A stretch of 63,100 bases of DNA, the filler included, from Candidatus Hydrogenedentota bacterium (GTDB lineage Bacteria; JBFMHD01), in NCBI GenBank assembly GCA_040752395.1. It is 4 parts of 4 records of this genome, joined end to end, with 100 filler letters (N's around TTAATTAATTAA, not from the genome) between each part and the next. Parts side by side here need not be neighbours in the genome. Positions count along the whole stretch, not along the records: positions 47,583 to 63,100 come from JBFMHD010000053.1; 3 more parts are not named here. One strand, written 5' to 3'. Made by a program: the position numbers and the translations under genes. Positions 59,418 through 63,100 of the stretch are shown one piece after another; positions within the stretch are counted from its first letter, which is position 1, and every line of letters begins with the position of its first letter. The notes beneath the pieces were generated by a model. It ran no database searches. It was not told where the DNA came from and worked only from the letters and a program-made list of their open reading frames with translations.

Positions 59418-59860
59418 TTCAATCCTTCAATCTTTTTTAATCTTCTTTTATGTCTTCCACCATCAAACTTTTCTTTTAAAAAAACATTAGTTATACTTAA
59501 AGCTGATTCTTCTTTCAAAATTCTACCACTTAAACATAAAATATTAGCATCATTATGCTTCCGTGCCATCGAAGCAGTATATTCATTATAACATAGAGCA
59601 GCTCTTATATTACGGGACCTATTTGCAGTTATGCACATTCCAATACCTGTTCCGCAAATTAAGATCCCGGTATTAGCCTTTTTATTAAGTATCAGATTCA
59701 CAACCTGTTTTGCAATATCAGGATAATCAACTTTTTTGTATTTTTTTGTACCAATATCTATTATAATATATTGAGAACTAAGAGATTTTTTTAAAAACTC
59801 TTTTAAATAAAATCCAGCGTGATCAGAGCCTATAGCAATTTTAGTTTTAGTTTTTTTCAT
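59411..59860 (-). CDS. rpiB: Ribose-5-phosphate isomerase B
   Basis: GSDHAG, DYPD, CGTGIGM, HNDANIL, GGRH. Confidence 0.96.
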   Translation of the reverse strand: MKKTKTKIAIGSDHAGFYLKEFLKKSLSSQYIIIDIGTKKYKKVDYPDIAKQVVNLILNKKANTGILICGTGIGMCITANRSRNIRAALCYNEYTASMARKHNDANILCLSGRILKEESALSITNVFLKEKFDGGRHKRRLKKIEGLKC

Positions 59861-59966
59861 AAATTTTTTTTAAGGTAAACATAATAATTCTTTAAGTCAA
59901 GGATAAAAATTTTGTTCGACTTAAAATTATAATTTAATATCATTATTTAAAGACTTATAGGAGATT

Positions 59967-61019
59967 ATGAAAAGTATAATTTTTGTAATATGTTCTATAT
60001 TTTTCTTTTTATCCCCTCTTTGTGCATTCTTTCCGCGAGGGATATATACTTCTAATTATACAACGTTTGACACGCTTGCTTTAATGGGTTTTAATCTTGT
60101 TATAGGTCCCGGGTCCGATACTGACCTTTATTGGGCAAAAAAATATGATTTTAAAGTTATACCAAATATATTTTTTGATAAAACGAGTGATAATCAAGGA
60201 AGTTTAAATTATATAAAAAATAAAAGCAATGATACAGCAATATTAGCCTGGTACCCATTTGATGAACCTGATATATATAATGTGAGTTATGATACTTATG
60301 CGCTTTGGCGTAAACAGATAAAAGCGATTGATAAAAATAAACCGATTTATCTTACAATTTATACCCCACAACAATATCAGAGATTTGCAGAGCTTACTGA
60401 TATTTTTGCCATAGACCCATATCCTGTTATCTCTAAAACAGATGATAATAAAAACCAATTGGAGCGGGTATATCAACAGGTGAGATATGCAAGAACAATA
60501 TGTAAAAATAAACCATTATATACAATCATTCAATGCTTTTATCAAATGCCCTGGTGGGAACGGGAACCAGAACCAAAAGAACTGCATAATATGGTATATC
60601 AGGCGTTGATCGGTGGAAGTGATGGGATTTTATACTATACATTCGCAACGAATAGCCCGGAAAATTACTGGGACATTTATAAAAGACAGGATATATTAAC
60701 CGAGCTTAAAAGGATAAATAAAGAACTTATAACTTTAGAGCCTGTTTTGTTAAAAGGTAAAAATGAACATAATATCGCATTTAATCTTAATGTCTCTGAA
60801 TTACTATATTGCATTAAAAATTATAAAGGAACCTATTATCTTTTTGTAGCAAATCCATTCAAAAATAATAAAACATTAGAATTATCATTTAATATCGAAG
60901 TAAAAAATTATAAAACTTTATTTGATAGTGAATCAGTCTCTGTAAAATTAAAAAATGGCTTTATTTTCTCTATAAACCTTGGTAAGTATGATTATCTTAT
61001 TATGATTATAAATCAATGA
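59967..61019 (+). CDS. Exported protein, putative TIM-barrel glycoside hydrolase
   Basis: Signal peptide, ILAWYPFDEP, AIDPYP, GSDGILYY. Confidence 0.55.
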   Translation: MKSIIFVICSIFFFLSPLCAFFPRGIYTSNYTTFDTLALMGFNLVIGPGSDTDLYWAKKYDFKVIPNIFFDKTSDNQGSLNYIKNKSNDTAILAWYPFDEPDIYNVSYDTYALWRKQIKAIDKNKPIYLTIYTPQQYQRFAELTDIFAIDPYPVISKTDDNKNQLERVYQQVRYARTICKNKPLYTIIQCFYQMPWWEREPEPKELHNMVYQALIGGSDGILYYTFATNSPENYWDIYKRQDILTELKRINKELITLEPVLLKGKNEHNIAFNLNVSELLYCIKNYKGTYYLFVANPFKNNKTLELSFNIEVKNYKTLFDSESVSVKLKNGFIFSINLGKYDYLIMIINQ

Positions 61020-61022
61020 TGG

Positions 61023-61127
61023 GTAACGCCTTATTCTTCGGTGGAGTTTCCTTATCTTGCTTCTTGCCTCTTACGCCTTTTTTTCTGATACTTCTTACTT
61101 CTTCCCCACCTATAGCTGAGGGATTAC
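61023..61127. mobile_element. GTA...TAC MITE with near-perfect 8-bp target duplication
   Basis: GTAACGCC... / CTGAGGGATTAC; flanks AATGATGG and AACGATGG; expanded heptamer interior. Confidence 0.8.
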
Positions 61128-61195
61128 AACGATGGTATCTTATTTGCTTAAAGTTATTTTGTATCGTTTATTTTAACTTTTTCGGAGGAAACGTT

Positions 61196-61801
61196 ATGAG
61201 AAGCTTAGCCTTTATTGTTGTAATTGGTTTATTAGTATTGTCGAGTGGTTGCTTTCAAGCAACAATTAAAGAAAAAGACCCGGATGCAAGTTTACATTAT
61301 GATGCAGAATACGATTATACTGATTTGCATCAATTTACTGTAAAACTCAGTGATTCTTTATCAAAGAGTAAACCGATATCAGAAGCTAAAAGTAAACCAA
61401 TTATTGTTGACTATGGGATCGATAATCATACAAGTGAGCATATTGATATGAAAGCTATAACTGATGCTATAAGAAAAGAATTAATAGCAAAAGACCAGGT
61501 TGATTTTGTTAATATAACTCGAAGAGATGATATTAATATAGAAGCAGATTATATGTATTCGGGTAAAGTCGATCCGTCAAAACGAATTGTGCTTGGTAAA
61601 CAGCTCGGTGCTGATTATATGCTTACAGGAACAATGTACTCAATAAAAAAGAAACAACCAAAACAGTTTCGGCTGAAAAGGAAAGAACTAAACTGGTATA
61701 AATTAACTCTCGAACTCACAAACATAGAGACATCTGTTATAGAATGGACTGACGAGGTTGAGATAGCTCGAGAGATAGGTAAACCATTAATCGGTTGGTG
61801 A
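61196..61801 (+). CDS. lpoB: Penicillin-binding protein activator LpoB-like lipoprotein
   Basis: GGAGG SD, lipobox SSG-C, NHTSEHID, GKQLGADYMLTG. Confidence 0.8.
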   Translation: MRSLAFIVVIGLLVLSSGCFQATIKEKDPDASLHYDAEYDYTDLHQFTVKLSDSLSKSKPISEAKSKPIIVDYGIDNHTSEHIDMKAITDAIRKELIAKDQVDFVNITRRDDINIEADYMYSGKVDPSKRIVLGKQLGADYMLTGTMYSIKKKQPKQFRLKRKELNWYKLTLELTNIETSVIEWTDEVEIAREIGKPLIGW

Positions 61802-61808
61802 CCATCCT

Positions 61809-63020
61809 TTGAAAGTTATCTTGAAAAGCCGTTATCTTTTACTTTTTACCTCTTATTTCTTATTCCTTAATTCCTGCGCAACTTTAGATACTCTTTCTTT
61901 AAGCAGACAATATTTTTATCGTGGTGAATATGAAAAGGCAGTTGACCAGTTCCAGTTAAATAAGATTATCTCAAAAAAAGATAAAATATTATATGAACTT
62001 GAATATGCAACCTCACTTATGGCAGCAGAAAAATATACTGAATCCTCAAAGATGTTTAATTCTATAAAAGAGAGATTAAAACAGCAGGACATTATCTCAG
62101 TACATCAGAAACTGCTTGATTTAACACTATCAGATGCCATCACAGAATATCGACCATCCTTTTATGAAAGATATTTGATGCATACGTTAAATGCTATTAA
62201 TTACCTCGTTTTAAAAGATTATGAGAACGCTCTTATAGAAGCTAAATTATCGATTGAAGATATAGATGAATATGAGCAATATTTTGGTTTTCTGGGTTTT
62301 ATTCACTATATAGCTGGCTTATGTTATGAACTCAATGAAGATATTAATAGCGCTTATATTGAGTATAAAAAAGTCTATGAATATAATAACAATTTATTTT
62401 TTATTCTACCTAAATTAAAAAGGCTCTCGTGGTATCTAAGCAGAACCGATGACTATAATACATATAATTCAATCATCGAAAGCAACAATATCCCACTTTC
62501 TGAATTTGAAAATAAAGCAGAGGTTATTTTAATCATAGCAAAGGATAGGGCACCGATTAAAAAAGAATATTTTATTATAGTTGAAGAAGGCGAAAAAATC
62601 AGTATCCCGGTATACGATAGTAATTATTTAAATATTTTACCGACTAAAATATTGCTGGACGAGATTCATATCGTTAATACTGATATCCTGCTCGATTTAA
62701 ATCCGGTAACGCAGAAATTAAATGACAGGCAGATGATGAAAAACATAATTAAAGAACTCGTACGGGTACAAACGCGTAAAAAAGTGGTTGATAAAACAAA
62801 GGAAAGATATGGTGAAAAAGCATCAGAATTAATGGAGTACGCCTTATTTTTTTTAATTCATCCTGATTTACGCACGTGGCAGACACTACCCTGTAGTTTT
62901 CAATTAAAAAATTTCTATGTTGATAAAGGCGAACACTCAATAACAATTGATGGTAATATAGAACTTAATCTTATAATCAATGATTATAAACCGAGTATAT
63001 TATTTATACGAATCCCGTAA
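61809..63020 (+). CDS. COG3014-like TPR lipoprotein
   Basis: LNS-C lipobox, YE..L....NAINYL, ALIEA, DLRTWQTLP; typical lpoB neighbour. Confidence 0.75.
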   Translation: MKVILKSRYLLLFTSYFLFLNSCATLDTLSLSRQYFYRGEYEKAVDQFQLNKIISKKDKILYELEYATSLMAAEKYTESSKMFNSIKERLKQQDIISVHQKLLDLTLSDAITEYRPSFYERYLMHTLNAINYLVLKDYENALIEAKLSIEDIDEYEQYFGFLGFIHYIAGLCYELNEDINSAYIEYKKVYEYNNNLFFILPKLKRLSWYLSRTDDYNTYNSIIESNNIPLSEFENKAEVILIIAKDRAPIKKEYFIIVEEGEKISIPVYDSNYLNILPTKILLDEIHIVNTDILLDLNPVTQKLNDRQMMKNIIKELVRVQTRKKVVDKTKERYGEKASELMEYALFFLIHPDLRTWQTLPCSFQLKNFYVDKGEHSITIDGNIELNLIINDYKPSILFIRIP

Positions 63021-63048
63021 AATTAGTGAATATTAAACTGCAACTTCT

Positions 63049-63100
63049 TGTAGTGCTCCACGTTTGTCGAGACATTTTTTAGTAAATTTTCGGCACATTT
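63049..63100. repeat. 52-bp dispersed repeat, copy 2 (runs to window end)
   Basis: Reverse complement of 13866-13917. Confidence 0.9.

Noticed and set aside
42357-59860. deoC/deoB and rpiB/upp/apt as a single nucleoside-catabolism locus
   Set aside because: They lie on different contigs, and rpiB-upp linkage is a common housekeeping arrangement

Overview
Low-GC diderm bacterial sequence, probably from a metagenome-assembled genome. It is four unlinked contigs of about 15.5-15.9 kb joined by artificial 100-nt N/TTAATTAATTAA spacers, so gene neighbourhoods across the gaps mean nothing. Contig 1 is a surface-glycan locus (GT4s, GT2, B12 radical SAM, Wzx, Wzy/ligase-like proteins, carbamoyltransferase), interrupted by a ParE-type toxin-antitoxin insert bounded by a 115-bp direct repeat. 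Contig 2 encodes exported carbohydrate-related proteins, KamA, tandem clan-AA aspartic proteases, a porin, tRNA-Val(GAC) and thrS. Contig 3 has ndk, comEC, two triple-HhH comEA genes, pcrA, an orphan Dam-like methylase, a flavoprotein-DeoC fusion with an encapsulation-peptide-like start, deoB and HEPN/MNT. Contig 4 is mostly housekeeping (valS, rpmB, recG, spoVG, apt, upp, rpiB, lpoB). The most unusual signal is non-coding: a dense set of short modular elements built from 7-bp tandem repeats. One family ends in TTTTTC(A/G)NAGGA(G), coinciding with the Shine-Dalgarno site of 6-7 unrelated genes. A second family has GTA...TAC ends and 8-bp target duplications. The same heptamer encodes the hydrophobic core of two signal peptides.
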